A stretch of 64,000 nt of DNA from assembly GCA_027923505.1 (NCBI GenBank), contig BROI01000013.1, positions 744,001-808,000 of the forward strand, read 5' to 3'. Of the stretch, positions 11,350-23,283 are shown piece after piece. The translations under genes and the position numbers were made by a program. The DNA comes from Mayamaea pseudoterrestris (lineage: Eukaryota). The stretch's first letter is position 1; the number at the start of each line of letters is the position of its first letter. The notes below the pieces were generated by a model, which searched no databases, was not told the origin of the DNA, and worked only from the letters and a program-made list of their open reading frames with translations.

Positions 11350-13713
11350 CTACTTGATTCGCTCGACTGGACCAAGGCACGTTGCTGCTGGCGTTGGTAG
11401 GTAGACTCTCGACCCACTGGTTCGCGTCTCGTACACTCGCCCATGATAGCTATAGCGAATGGTTAGTTCCAGTGTTGGGCGCAAGGGCGCTTCATTTACA
11501 TGGCTGATTCGATTCCAAACTCGCTTCCACAGCGGCAAGGCATCATCATTGTTCATATCGTCATGTGCGTGAGGAAACATCCACTCGAGTCGATCCGACT
11601 CGAGCTCCAGACGACTATCCGCCACCCAAAACTGCAAAATGTCAGTCCATGAAGGTTTTATAGCTGTTTTTTCAGAATATACTGCAGATGTTGACGAGGA
11701 TGTTGCTTCCAGAATCACGAGCCCATCGATTGACGCTTCGTCCTTTCGCTTCCGCATGGCGGTGCGCTGAATTATTTCCTTCAAAAAGGTATTGTCACCA
11801 CCGAAAATGCTAAATTCTGACGTTGCATCAGGTACGAATCGCTTGTGCTTCTGTTTGGACTTTGTGAATAACGCCAGCTGCGGCAGTAAATGATTGTCAA
11901 CAAATTGTCTGACCAGCAGAAACGTCATGCACAAAATGGGCGTTTCCACCGACGCTCCGTTCAGCAAAATAGGAATCTTGAAGTTCCAAATGCTTCCCTG
12001 CAGCTGACAAACAATGGTCCACTGCCATGGTAGCAAGCCTTGCGAAGCGTTGCTGCACTTGAGGCCATACTGCAGCTGCCATGGTGTTGGCGACGGTGAC
12101 AGTGAAACGTTTCGACCCAGCGACAGCGGCTTGGTCAACCAGGTGCACTTGCAACCATTTAGCCACAAACCATTCACCAGTGACAATGAACCTCGCAGTC
12201 CATGGTTTGCATGACTTGTACATTTAAGCTTGATTAATGCACCGCCGAGACAGCCACTGTCGCTACTCATTGTTGTCACTTGCATGCGATATTTGGGAAA
12301 GACCAAGTTTTGCAGCGACACCATGAGTTGCGCCAGTGTTATATTCGGAACGAGTGATTGACGTCGGCGCACTGGTTGCAACGCCATCTTCCAGCATGCC
12401 TGCAGCTTGCGTTTGTTTGACTCGGATGCAGCAGCGCCACTCTTGTCATTGCTGCTGCTGCTGCTGCGTGAATATAGACTGGAGTAGCAAATGTTGCGAA
12501 GACTAGTCACTGAAATCAGAGTAGAGGCTGGTCGAAGCGACGAAAAAGTTGATTTAAATGTTGCTTCTCCTGCACCAGCAGCGTCTGGCTTTGTAGCAGT
12601 CGTTGCAGTATCACTGTCACTTGTTGCCACTCGTACTAAACTCGTTTGAAGGGCCAGCATGGTGACGGTTCCATTGGCGAAAGTACGTGAGGTTCGAAGT
12701 GCCACTTGAATGGGTGGGGATGTTGATTGCTGTAATATTCGTCGTCGCTTTTGCTGCAGCTGTTTTACATTGATGCTACCCTCACGTGCCGCGTCAACCG
12801 ACGCATCGACACGACCCTGCTCCTGCCGTTTACTATTAATCAATGGCGACACCAACGGCATTACTTTTGGCGACACTCCAACCGTTGCCGCCACTTGCGT
12901 CGCTGCTCCCAGCATCGCATCCAGTCCCACCATGGTTTGCATAGTGGCAGTGCCGGTAGGTGATACGCGACAGACCGTGCCAATGGTGGTTTGGCATGTT
13001 TGCGACAGTGACTGGCGACTGGTGAAGGCTAGTTGCGAGTCTGCTGCTGGCGCAACGTCCATGATTGGTGCTGCGTAAAAGTCGTGCTCCGCCGCCGCAT
13101 ACAATTGGTCAATCGTGATGGGCATTTCGACGGAAACTTCCATGGATTCGTTGGAGCGACTCGCTGCTGCCGCCAGCAAGCGTTCCTGCAGCAAACATTT
13201 CAGTAGGAGAGCGGCTCGGTCCGGATTGGTGACATGGTAGCGACGTAGCTGCAAGTAGTAATTGTCTGTATTGATGTTTTCATTATCATGTTCCATATTC
13301 TTTGGCTCCATGTTTTTATGTTGATCAACCTGCTGCTGCATGAGTCCCACCAAGACAACCCCCGGAATGCCGGCTTGGTCGTAGCAGAACCGCAGCAGCG
13401 AGTCACTCAATACTTCGTGCGCCAGCCTGACTTGTTGAAAGGCGTCTCGCGCCGTCAATGCTGTATCTGTATCTGCAAGTGTAGTGATGGCTGCATCATT
13501 CATCCGATCATCGTCGTCGTCATCACTTGCATCATTATATTCTCTAACGACATGCGCCTTGTCCGGATGAAAGGACAGGCTGAGCAACTTGTAGGATTTT
13601 TGCACGTCCGCCAAGGATGCATGTGGCGATAGGTTGAGAATGGAGTAGAGGCGCGCATGGTCGTCATCGGATGTCATGGATGATGGATCGGATGACGACC
13701 ATGACGAGCTCAT
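11350..13713 (-). CDS. J-domain protein, DNAJC11-like
   Basis: N-terminal J domain (LYSILNL...FHPDK...AHEVLSD...YD); C-terminal GLVILEA...LQFWVADSRL...LTIRYSYHG resembles the DNAJC11 C-terminal domain. Confidence 0.75.
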   Translation of the reverse strand: MSSSWSSSDPSSMTSDDDHARLYSILNLSPHASLADVQKSYKLLSLSFHPDKAHVVREYNDASDDDDDDRMNDAAITTLADTDTALTARDAFQQVRLAHEVLSDSLLRFCYDQAGIPGVVLVGLMQQQVDQHKNMEPKNMEHDNENINTDNYYLQLRRYHVTNPDRAALLLKCLLQERLLAAAASRSNESMEVSVEMPITIDQLYAAAEHDFYAAPIMDVAPAADSQLAFTSRQSLSQTCQTTIGTVCRVSPTGTATMQTMVGLDAMLGAATQVAATVGVSPKVMPLVSPLINSKRQEQGRVDASVDAAREGSINVKQLQQKRRRILQQSTSPPIQVALRTSRTFANGTVTMLALQTSLVRVATSDSDTATTATKPDAAGAGEATFKSTFSSLRPASTLISVTSLRNICYSSLYSRSSSSSNDKSGAAASESNKRKLQACWKMALQPVRRRQSLVPNITLAQLMVSLQNLVFPKYRMQVTTMSSDSGCLGGALIKLKCTSHANHGLRGSLSLVNGLWLNGCKCTWLTKPLSLGRNVSLSPSPTPWQLQYGLKCSNASQGLLPWQWTIVCQLQGSIWNFKIPILLNGASVETPILCMTFLLVRQFVDNHLLPQLALFTKSKQKHKRFVPDATSEFSIFGGDNTFLKEIIQRTAMRKRKDEASIDGLVILEATSSSTSAVYSEKTAIKPSWTDILQFWVADSRLELESDRLEWMFPHAHDDMNNDDALPLWKRVWNRISHVNEAPLRPTLELTIRYSYHGRVYETRTSGSRVYLPTPAATCLGPVERIK

Positions 13714-14108
13714 GCTTGATGCTGCTATAAGATTCTGACCAAAGTTTTACTCCCTAGAGTTCTATATGTCCGTCGTCGGCATGATTTATGTTAGGAGCTG
13801 TATTACCAAATGCTAGCAACGCAGGTGCTCCCAGATTTTCCATGGTCGAAAAAGGTGCAGTCGATGCGGCTGTCACGTATTATCGCAACGGGAATGCCAA
13901 TGTTGTCGGAGCACACTCGCCAATTGGCTCACAGCGTCCGTCCATCACCCGTAATGATGACGTTTTCGCGATCCTTTCGCAACTTGACATTCGAAGATTG
14001 ACCATGGCACAACGAATCTTCCGTCGCTTTTGACAAACAACACTACTAACAAACGGAAAATACTTTTGAACTCATTTGAACATTTGGAATCAAAAATATC
14101 AAGTCGAC

Positions 14109-15635
14109 ATGATTTTGAAATTCACGCTTTCCAGTCTCCTCCTCGGTTCCGCCGTTGCCTTTGCACCAGCCAAGTATGACTGGCGAGTTGCAGCACCGCA
14201 AATTTCGACTGCCTTCCAAAGTCCATTGCAGCAGCATCGACGACAACATAACTCCGATTATTTCCAATCGCATGCTCTTCATTCCTCTCCATCAAAATCT
14301 ACTCGTCTCTACTCGGACGCTTCCTACTTATCGGACAAGCACATTGCCTCGCACCAGGAGGAGCCCACGCCAAAGTCACTATCGAGCGGCACTGGCACGG
14401 CCACCATTTCCCAGGAAGTGTTCAATTTAGTCAAAGCCATTGTGGGCGCCGGCGTCTTGACGCTGCCGTCTGGGATTGCCGCCTTTGGTTCCGCGCCGTC
14501 GGCAGTCGTTCCGGCAGTAGCACTGATTGCATTGGTGGGATCACTCTCGGCCTACGGCTTTGGCTTGATTGGACGCGTCTGCAGCTTGACGCGGTCAACG
14601 TCCTACAAGGCGGCGTGGGAGGAAACGGTGGGAACCAAGTCGGCATGGATTCCGGCGTGGAGTGTAACGCTCAAAACGGTTTGCGCGACGCTGGCGTACA
14701 GCATGATTCTAGCGGATACCTTTCACGCGCTGATTGGAGTCTTGGTGCCAGGCATGACCAAAAGCATGACACTGGCAGCTGTCACTACATTTATACTACT
14801 GCCACTCTGCTTGCTGCGCAATCTGAGTTCGCTCGCGCCGTTTAGTTTACTGGGAAGCTTGGGCATGGTGTACACGACCATTGCCATGGGAATTCGCTAC
14901 TTTGGCGGCGCCTACGCCAAGAATGGAGTGTTTTCCAACGATTTGCCGAAAGCACTGCGACCAGCCTTTGGCAACGTGGGAGCGGCCGGTGCACTGACGC
15001 CGCAGATTGCCATTCTCATTGGCATGCTGAGTACAGCCTACATGGCGCACTTTAATGCCCCCAAGTTTTACGCCGAGCTTAAAAACAACACTGTTCCGCG
15101 GTACATGACCGTCGTTGCCACGAGTTTCGCCGCCAGTATAAGTATTTTCGCAACAATGGCGAGTCTTGGCTTTTTAACCTTTGGATCAGCCTCGTCGGGG
15201 TTGATTCTGAACAATTACTCGCCCCGCGACACACTCATGGGATTGAGCAAGGCGGCCGTGGCCATTGCCATTGTGGGAAGCTATCCGCTGGCCTTTGTCG
15301 GAGCGCGCGACGGTGTCTTGGATTTGTTAAAGTTGAAGCAGTCCAACATGAAGGCAATCACGTTGAATATTTTGACAGTGGCCATGCTTGGTGGACTCAC
15401 TGTGGCGGCGTCGGTGATTCCGGACGTTTCCTTCGTCCTGGCCTTTGCGGGAGCGACGCTTGGGAACGCGCTGATTTACATTTACCCGGCGCTCATGTTT
15501 CGTGGCGCCATGAAAAAGATTGCGAATCCGACCAAGCTGCAACAGTTTGAGCTCAAGGCGAGCGCGTTTTCGGCGATTCTGGGACTTGGGTTTGGAATCA
15601 TGGGCGCCGTCAAGGCAGTGCAGTCGATCATGTAA
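14109..15635 (+). CDS. Amino-acid transporter (Aa_trans/SLC38-like) with bipartite plastid presequence
   Basis: FNLVKAIVGAGVLTLP, LPLCLLRNLSSLAPFSLLG, AYMAHFNAPKFY, SYPL and about 11 hydrophobic segments; N-terminus MILKFTLSSLLLGSAVA-FAP. Confidence 0.9.
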   Translation: MILKFTLSSLLLGSAVAFAPAKYDWRVAAPQISTAFQSPLQQHRRQHNSDYFQSHALHSSPSKSTRLYSDASYLSDKHIASHQEEPTPKSLSSGTGTATISQEVFNLVKAIVGAGVLTLPSGIAAFGSAPSAVVPAVALIALVGSLSAYGFGLIGRVCSLTRSTSYKAAWEETVGTKSAWIPAWSVTLKTVCATLAYSMILADTFHALIGVLVPGMTKSMTLAAVTTFILLPLCLLRNLSSLAPFSLLGSLGMVYTTIAMGIRYFGGAYAKNGVFSNDLPKALRPAFGNVGAAGALTPQIAILIGMLSTAYMAHFNAPKFYAELKNNTVPRYMTVVATSFAASISIFATMASLGFLTFGSASSGLILNNYSPRDTLMGLSKAAVAIAIVGSYPLAFVGARDGVLDLLKLKQSNMKAITLNILTVAMLGGLTVAASVIPDVSFVLAFAGATLGNALIYIYPALMFRGAMKKIANPTKLQQFELKASAFSAILGLGFGIMGAVKAVQSIM

Positions 15636-16142
15636 CATGTGAAATGATAGTCGTGTGATTGTATCTAAGAATACCATTACAAATGTATATATACAAACAG
15701 CAAGCGCGCGACGGCACTTTAAGCTGAACATCAGAATTAACTGCAACCATAGTTCCCGCGAAATTAGCTAAACTACCGACCACCTTTCTTATCACAGACC
15801 TCCTGTATAGGACAGGTAGCTGGACACCATCTTTTAGTCGGCTGCGTTTGATGCCATCAAGACACCGGCCCCAATGATTCAAACGGGTATACACATGTCG
15901 ACGTTCTAAAACGTGTTTCAGCGAGCAAAGGAGCAAGCGTCATACGTTCTTGGTACTTGTACGGTAGATTTGTGAGAGCCATGGATCGACGTGCTGTGAA
16001 GAATGTGTGTCTTTTCACTCGCGTAACAGATTTGCGGCAATCACGGCGTGACGGCTATCATCATCGCCGATAGCGATAGTCTTCATTCTTTCCACGACAA
16101 CATGACAAAGAAATACGGGCACTCTGAAAGACAATAATTGAC

Positions 16143-17645
16143 ATGACTCTTAGATACGTGTCCTTGATATGGACTGACAAGACACTACCTCAGGAATTTA
16201 TCGAGAAAGCACATGAATTGGAAAAGGCAGGTAAAGAACAAGAAGACCAAGAAATCACGCTCACCGCACACTCCAGTTTAATGAGTGCACTAGCCGACAT
16301 GGACGAAACGTTATTTAAAAATGTATTGTTGGCCGTGAAGATTATGCCATTAACTTGTTTCGAATTATATTTGAAATCTCCAACTTGCCCGGCCTTGACA
16401 ACGAAGCAAAAACATCGTCTTCTACAGTTGGCCATGGTACTGGTCACAATTCCAAGTCTTCAAACCGCTGCTTTATCAAGTCACTTCTTTGGCCGACGGA
16501 TCAACACTTTTCCGAATCTCATCCAACTCACGTTGTCTGACTATGTTGAACGCGACTACTCATTCCTGGCAACAAGCCTCGAGCGACATCATTCGCTCCA
16601 AAGCCTTTTCTTGTCCCTGCCAACGAGCTCATACCGGACCCTTTTACCCGCCACCCTCAAGCTGCCAATACTAAATGCACTGCAGCTCGAGCATCGTGCA
16701 GGGCTTGCGCTACCTCATCCGTTTGATTTAATCGCAATCGCCCAGTTTGCTGCACGCAATAAGCCCATTGTTCTCACGCTTAGGGGTTTCAGACTTGGCG
16801 GGCGCGAAATAGTCCATCGGCGGTGCCGCGAGGCGATTCAAATGGCGAAAATGAAGGGCGTTGTCTTTGACGAATGTAGCATGCGCATTGACGAGTCGGT
16901 AGCATTGGCCCTGGTGAGTTCGTCGTTGAAAATCATAAAGTTCAATAGTCGGCCATTCTACTGCCACGAAGACTTTTTCAAGGCACTCGCTATGGGTCTA
17001 TCAACCATGACTTGTTTGGAGGAGCTGCATTTGCTTGAATGCATGGTTGAATACGATAAAAAGCCGTTGGATGATGCTGTTGTAATGCTCATTGAGTCAG
17101 TCAAGAATTGCGCGAGTCTTCGAAACTTTAGCATTGGTCTTCCGTCGTTGAACGCAAAATTGGTTATTGCTATCGCAAAGGAGCTCATTGGACCGCACTC
17201 GACTCTGAAAGAGATTGCCATTGGACTTCCACTAGTGAAAACGACGTCCTTACCTGCCATACTTGAAGCCGTCAGTACAACGTTTACAGTGCAAGACATT
17301 ACCTTTCTTCCACTCATTCCAAACGATTTTAACATGCGGGAAACAGTTGAAGATATGGACAACATGTTTAAATGCACTACAAAGATTAACGCTGTTCTCC
17401 TTCTCAACAAGGCGGGCCGAAGCTACATTCAAACTGCGCCTGAAAACCGAGCAAGAGGCTGCAAGGTTTTGGCAGCAGTCGCAAACAGTGTGAGCTGCCT
17501 CTACGTTCACTTGCTGGAGAATGCTGGTATTTGCAGCGGCACGGTACCCTTTGTCTATCGAAACCGAACGAATGCGACAAACGGCGGCGGCGGTAACATT
17601 GACGTGGCTTTGCCGCAGCGTGACCAGGAATCTGGCGCTAATTGA
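16143..17645 (+). CDS. RNI-like/LRR protein, copy 2
   Basis: 500-aa intronless ORF with LxxLxL repeats; C-terminal LNKAGRSYI...RGCKVLAAV...CLYVHLLENA. Confidence 0.75.
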   Translation: MTLRYVSLIWTDKTLPQEFIEKAHELEKAGKEQEDQEITLTAHSSLMSALADMDETLFKNVLLAVKIMPLTCFELYLKSPTCPALTTKQKHRLLQLAMVLVTIPSLQTAALSSHFFGRRINTFPNLIQLTLSDYVERDYSFLATSLERHHSLQSLFLSLPTSSYRTLLPATLKLPILNALQLEHRAGLALPHPFDLIAIAQFAARNKPIVLTLRGFRLGGREIVHRRCREAIQMAKMKGVVFDECSMRIDESVALALVSSSLKIIKFNSRPFYCHEDFFKALAMGLSTMTCLEELHLLECMVEYDKKPLDDAVVMLIESVKNCASLRNFSIGLPSLNAKLVIAIAKELIGPHSTLKEIAIGLPLVKTTSLPAILEAVSTTFTVQDITFLPLIPNDFNMRETVEDMDNMFKCTTKINAVLLLNKAGRSYIQTAPENRARGCKVLAAVANSVSCLYVHLLENAGICSGTVPFVYRNRTNATNGGGGNIDVALPQRDQESGAN

Positions 17646-18224
17646 GCGGCATATACCGCCTTTATCGGGACGCAGTATAGCGTTTCAATTGATGTTGGAT
17701 TGTTCTATTCGGCGATGGATGTTGCTCCGGCCATTCGTGTGTGGGAGATGCTGTAGTCTCATTCGCGGTACAAGTACAACCATTTGTAGATACCGTATGT
17801 TTTTTTTCAAAATTAATAGAATTATACTATTTTCATTGTCTCTTTTAATTGCACCATTCTGCTACAATACTTGTACTGTAAAGCATATGTGGCAGCGGGA
17901 GCAACCACATGTTGTGGTATCTCTCACTAGTTGTTATCAGTGACATAGCTAAGCCGTCCGTTTCCGTTCACTCTGGCGTCACATGAAAATATCAATTGTG
18001 GCAAGTATCGTGAAAAGACCTTCGGAGAGCTTCACAAGTGACTCATGTAGCTCGCACGGTTCATTCGACTTCCCCCACACGTCTGACGTTGCCGTTCGAT
18101 CATGGCCGCCGCAACCATGTGAGATGCAAGTGACGAGGTGTATCACAAAAAGTCTCGCCTCCTTGGAAAGTAATAGGAGAATTTACCATTGGCATCTACA
18201 TTAATCTCCTTATTTACTAGCTTC

Positions 18225-20431
18225 ATGTCTCCCAAAGATCAAGCAGCTGCAGCGACGAGCATGGTGAATGTTCCTCTCGGTTCCTCCGACGCTTCGAATC
18301 ACCCAGATGCCTCGGGCGGCTACTTTTTAAAGTGGAGCCACTTGACCAAAACGGTCGAAGTCAAGGACATGTCGTCCGGCGGTATCATGGGACGATCAAG
18401 TATTGCCGGAAAAGCGGTAGATGTCGTCAAGAAAGTGAATGACTCAAGTAACACGACGAGCAAGACGATATTGCATTCCGTCTCTGGCTACGCCGCGCCC
18501 GGCCAAGTGATTGCCCTCATGGGACCATCCGGTTCCGGCAAAACCTCACTGATGAACGTACTGAGCGGTCGCTCCCCCTTTCAGTCCGGTCAGTTGAGCA
18601 TCAACGATGTTCCACTCGTTTCCAAGCGCGACTTGAAAAAGATTTTGCACCACCAAGTGGCCTACGTCAAGCAGAACGACGTCTTCTTTGGACACTTGAC
18701 GGTGAAGGATCAGTTGACGTATACGGCGCTGCTGCGACTGCCGAATTCCACGAGCACGGCAAACAAGCATAAGGAAGTCGACTCGATCATTTCGCAGCTG
18801 CGACTCAACAAGGTGACGGATAGTCCGATCAAAATGGTTTCCGGCGGCGAGCGCAAGCGAGTCAATATTGCGACGGAACTATTGACGAATCCAAAGATTG
18901 TGTTGCTGGATGAACCGACGAGTAAGTTATGAATGAGAGAGAGAGAGAGTGATGGATTTTTGAACGCTTTGATCAGTGCAGATGATAGAACGAGGCCACC
19001 GAAAGCCGCGAATCAATTCACTTACTCATTTTAAACTTCTTCTACCATCTATAATTTACAGGCGGTCTTGATTCCTCTTCGGCGGTGCGTTTGATCCACA
19101 TGCTGCAGCGGATCGCCCGCGAGCAGCAGAAAACAATCATCACATCCATTCACCAGCCGTCCAGTGAAGTCTTCATGAGTTGCTTTGACCACTTGCTCAT
19201 GCTTTCGGAGGGACATGTCGTTTACTTTGGAACGCCAAAGGCGAGTTTGGGGTATTTGCAGAGTGAAGTTGGTTTGCCGTGTCCGCCTGGGTACAATGCG
19301 GCGGACCATTGGATGGATTTGCTGGTGAATGACACGCCGTTTGAGTTTGGAGATGATGCTGCTACTGCAAATGCCCAAGGCGATTACGATGTTATCATTC
19401 CCGGCCCAGATACAGTCGCAGCGAGGCGCAAGGGAAGTTTGCGTCGCGCAATCTTGCAGGAGGCGTGGAAGGAGCACGATGTCACGAGCGCCGACGAAAC
19501 GGAGCATGGCAACGCCAGCGAAAAGAGCAACGGCGACAATGCCGGACTTGACGCTGACAATATTGAAAAGTATCCAACTTCGTGGTGGCAGCAATACACC
19601 ATCTTGACGCACCGAGCGCTCAAGAATAGTCGGTCGGCCATTTTTACGCCGCTCAATTTGATCAAGAGTTTTGCGCTTGGACTCGTTGCCGGTTTGCTGT
19701 GGTACCAATTGGACTACACGGAGGCCAATGTATACAACATGACAAGTTTTGTCTTCTTCGGATGCACATTCTGGGTATTCGACAGCATGTTTATGGCGCT
19801 CATGGCATTTCCGGCCGAGCGAGATGTCATTTTGAAGGAGCGAGCGTCGGGATCCTACCGTTTGAGCGCCTATTTCATGGCCAAGACCACGGCGGATGCA
19901 CCGACGCGCATTTTGTTACCGTTACTTTACCTGTTTGTGTCATACTGGATGGTAGGCATTGACAAGACGTTTGTCGTGTTTATTGGAACTGTCGGTTGTA
20001 CCTTGCTGAGCGTCATGGCGGGTGAAGCGATCGGTTTGTTGATTGGTGCTGCCTTTTATGATATGCAGCAGGCCTTGACTGTCATGACTGTCTTTGCATT
20101 ATTTTTGATGCTTGTTGGCGGCTTTTTTGTTGACAACCCACCCATTTTTATTGCTTGGGGAAAGTATATTTCGCCATTCAAGTATGCGTTTGATGCATCC
20201 GTGCAGATAATCTTTCATCGCCCACTTCCGTGCGATGGATCTGGCGGTTTGGCCGGCATTTGTCCATCAGGCAGCGAAGGCACCTTTGTGGACGGAGCTG
20301 CTGTTTCGGAGGCGGTTGGTGTTCAAGGCTCTATTGGTTTTAACGTCGGTCTGCTTGTTGTCATGGCGCTTGTCCCTCGATATTTCGCATACCAATGCTT
20401 GCGCCGAAAGAAGGAAGGCGAGCGAGAGTAG
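18225..20431 (+). CDS. ABCG (White-type) half transporter, 2 exons (intron 18922-19061)
   Basis: Walker A GPSGSGKT, signature VSGGERKR, Walker B LLDEPT|SGLDS restored by splicing GTAAGT...CAG, SIHQP H-loop, C-terminal ABC2 membrane domain (ERASGSY). Confidence 0.93.
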
Positions 20432-20979
20432 ATGAAAGGATTGGAATTGGTTTATTAAGAAATAAAATACTTATTTTGGCATGTATTGTATGGATGATAC
20501 GATATATCGGTAAGTTTGGGTCGCTTTACCTAGGTGTACAGGAACCGACTGTCGGATTGGCAAGTCGGAAGGGAGACATCGAGACCCATACATAGAGACC
20601 CTACCGATCGGTCCAGACGGGATAGTCATCAATCATCAATTCTTTATCATAGGTTCATGCTGTCAGTGGTCTTCTGTTCGTCAAGATGCAAGATGCAAAG
20701 CATCTCGAGTTGAGGAGGGGAAAAACATTCAGTGACGCAACGGTACTTGTTTAGTGGGCCCACGCCCCATGTTGGCTTTTCCAAATTACCGTTTTCATGC
20801 AGAATTCTCTCTGCCTGATCTATATTCGCAAGCATTGGCTAATGATGAGTTTACACCATTATGATGTGTTGTAGCGATCGAAGGGTGGGATCGCTGCACT
20901 CATGGCTCGCTAAATGGTGTCGCACTGTGACTCATAATTCGATCGTGGGAGCTTGCATGACACAATATATATGAAGATC

Positions 20980-21264
20980 CATGCAGTCGTACAAGACGGT
21001 ATCCCTTGCAGTGATCTATTAGCATTATCTAGACAAGCATACAGCACCACCATGTTCGACAAAGTAACAAACGAAGAACCTGATGATGAAGGACGTGCAC
21101 TTGCCGAACAATTTCGTGTCGCAGTTGAGCATTTGTCGACCGTCAACCCCCACGCAGCTGGCGCACTAGTTGCCTTTGTTGTCGGGCTTACTCGTCAACG
21201 AAAAGATGAGAAGCGCCAAGCCGAGGAAGAAGCGCGCAAAGCGATGCAAGCCGCTAAAGACTAG
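20980..21264 (+). CDS. Small hypothetical helical protein (possibly a gene fragment)
   Basis: Short ORF with a charged helical C-terminus (RQRKDEKRQAEEEARKAMQAAKD); no family recognised. Confidence 0.3.
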   Translation, partial: HAVVQDGIPCSDLLALSRQAYSTTMFDKVTNEEPDDEGRALAEQFRVAVEHLSTVNPHAAGALVAFVVGLTRQRKDEKRQAEEEARKAMQAAKD

Positions 21265-21563
21265 TCGTTTGCTTTAGAGGTTGACACATGTTGTAATGGC
21301 GGCGGCGGCGCTTTAGCGCGTGAGCCGGGTCGTCGACGACGAATATGTTACGCGCCAAGAGAACGAGGGTGAAAGTGCAAGAGTAAATGAAACGTAAAAT
21401 AGGTAATCTTGTTATCTTCCTCTCATTTACTGATAATACTATAATTTATTGGATACGGTATGGTATAGGGGTAGACGCTTTGCAAGCGCGTACGTCCCGT
21501 ATTTTAACCTAACGGCACTTTCCTTCAGCAGAATGCTCACAACGCTTCTTTTCACGTAGCTGG

Positions 21564-22463
21564 CTACTTGTACTTACTGGGATCTACCGGTAGACTTTGC
21601 TGCCTGACTTCTTGATAAACAATGCCAAACAAAAGTCCTCCCAAATGAGCCGCATGTCCAGCTGGACTTGAGTGATCATGGTAGCGGATTACTACCCGAT
21701 ACAATTCAGAAACTAAGAGCAAGAGAAGCATCTGAAATGTTTGTACATTTGCGCCAGGAACAAGGATAAAGTTTGGCCACATCCTTGCGTAGATTGCAAA
21801 TATGGCGCATGTCATGTGGGCCATACCAATGCCTTCCCCGTCATCAAACATCAAATGAGCGACGTTGCCAGCAATGGCGGCCCCCATCAAAATGGGCCAA
21901 ATGGGTACTGTGGAATGCCTGGTAACATCTATGCCAAAATGAAGCATAAGCCATAGATTCAACGCCAAGTGCCAGATCTGTTTGTGAGACAATGACGATA
22001 AAAGCAAAGTGGGATAACGCTTGCTTGCCAGATTGAAGCGACTCAGCACAAAGTAACTGTTCATAAATGATTGCAGAAAGGGTAGTTTCCAAAGAATACA
22101 AATGGCAAAACTGCAAATCGTTGTGAAGTAGATTGTTGGACAATATCTTCGAGCAAGCATGAGGCTATCCCAGAAATAAAATTCGAAGATAGTAAACCAG
22201 AAAGCTGTTACAAATATCAATTTGTTGTTAGTAAGTAAACCAGCAAAAAAATTTTCGTCTTGCTTCGTCTGCAACAACGATGTGTCTTGGTTTTGCTTTA
22301 ACGTGGGTGTTCCAGCGTGGAACTTGGACGGAACCAGGAAAGCTCGGCGCTTTGAGCGGAACTGCCCGTTTTCATTGGAAGGAGGCTGGTCACGAGCTGC
22401 AGCTACAGAGATAGATCCCAGCAAAAGAGTTACAAGAAGACTGATGTTTGACGTAAGCTTCAT
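21564..22463 (-). CDS. Rhomboid-family membrane protein, probably catalytically inactive
   Basis: SH..IWHLALN (HxxxN motif) and AHLGGLLFG (catalytic His motif) are present, but the GxSG position reads GMAH; N-terminal signal peptide. Confidence 0.75.
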   Translation of the reverse strand: MKLTSNISLLVTLLLGSISVAAARDQPPSNENGQFRSKRRAFLVPSKFHAGTPTLKQNQDTSLLQTKQDENFFAGLLTNNKLIFVTAFWFTIFEFYFWDSLMLARRYCPTIYFTTICSFAICILWKLPFLQSFMNSYFVLSRFNLASKRYPTLLLSSLSHKQIWHLALNLWLMLHFGIDVTRHSTVPIWPILMGAAIAGNVAHLMFDDGEGIGMAHMTCAIFAIYARMWPNFILVPGANVQTFQMLLLLLVSELYRVVIRYHDHSSPAGHAAHLGGLLFGIVYQEVRQQSLPVDPSKYK

Positions 22464-23283
22464 GGTCGAGGCGGCGATGTGTTGTTACAAGTTTTGTCGA
22501 AACGAGAATGCGCACGATGAGATGAAACGGGCGGCCTGTCTAGTCGCGCTATGACACTTGGAAATCAGAACCAGTCTGACACGCAAATTGCTTCGTACTG
22601 CTACTTTGCCAATGCGGGCTCGATGCGTTGCCATGCGGGAAGGGAAACTAACCGTGTGCACTACCATTATATGAAAAAGCGCCATTCAATTTAATTGTGT
22701 GCTTGCCGCTGCGTTTGACCAATCGCCACAAACTTGGCCAACGAGGAACGCGTAAAGCCGGTACTTTGTGCTAACGAGTCTCGTTACAAAGAGGGCTTCC
22801 GCCCAATTCATTCCTAGCGCAAAACTGCACATTTGCCGTGTCGTGGGACAAGCGGTGCGGGCACGCCAAAAGCAAGGACAAACGGGAGTGTTTCGCGCAA
22901 CTTGCCCTTGACCCTTGACAATGTACCTTCGACGAGCTCGTTGCGATGTACGTGGCTGTAGCTGCTTGTTTGCAGGAGAATGTGGCCAATGCTTTAATGC
23001 AACTCTCTCGTTGTAGCAGTGCAACGCTTGGAATGGAGCGAACGGCTTGGCGCTTGGGCAATGAGAATGGCGAAACCGCGGGCAAACTCGATGATTCGTG
23101 ATGCGACACTCTAGAACCAGTCCGACACCGTCGCTTCTCGTCGGAACGAGCGGCTTCACCATGACGATCCGAGCAGTCAAGTCAAAACTGGATCAAGTTT
23201 ATTTCTTTTTGAAAAAGTAAAAAGTTTCAGTCTATTTAAAAAGATTTCCAAATCCATTACTGCACCTAGCAGTTACAATAATA

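Noticed and set aside
20640..20900. Decayed transposase (SWIM-like) fragment
   Set aside because: Only a vague resemblance across broken frames; no terminal repeats or catalytic motifs
20842..20937. SECIS element
   Set aside because: ATGA is present but there is no matching GA on the 3' arm, and no upstream gene with an in-frame TGA
22686..23180. ORFs of 110-170 aa in intergenic regions (also 26386-27032, 35740-36250, 42479-43103)
   Set aside because: Mostly non-ATG starts, no recognisable motifs, and located in probable promoter or terminator regions
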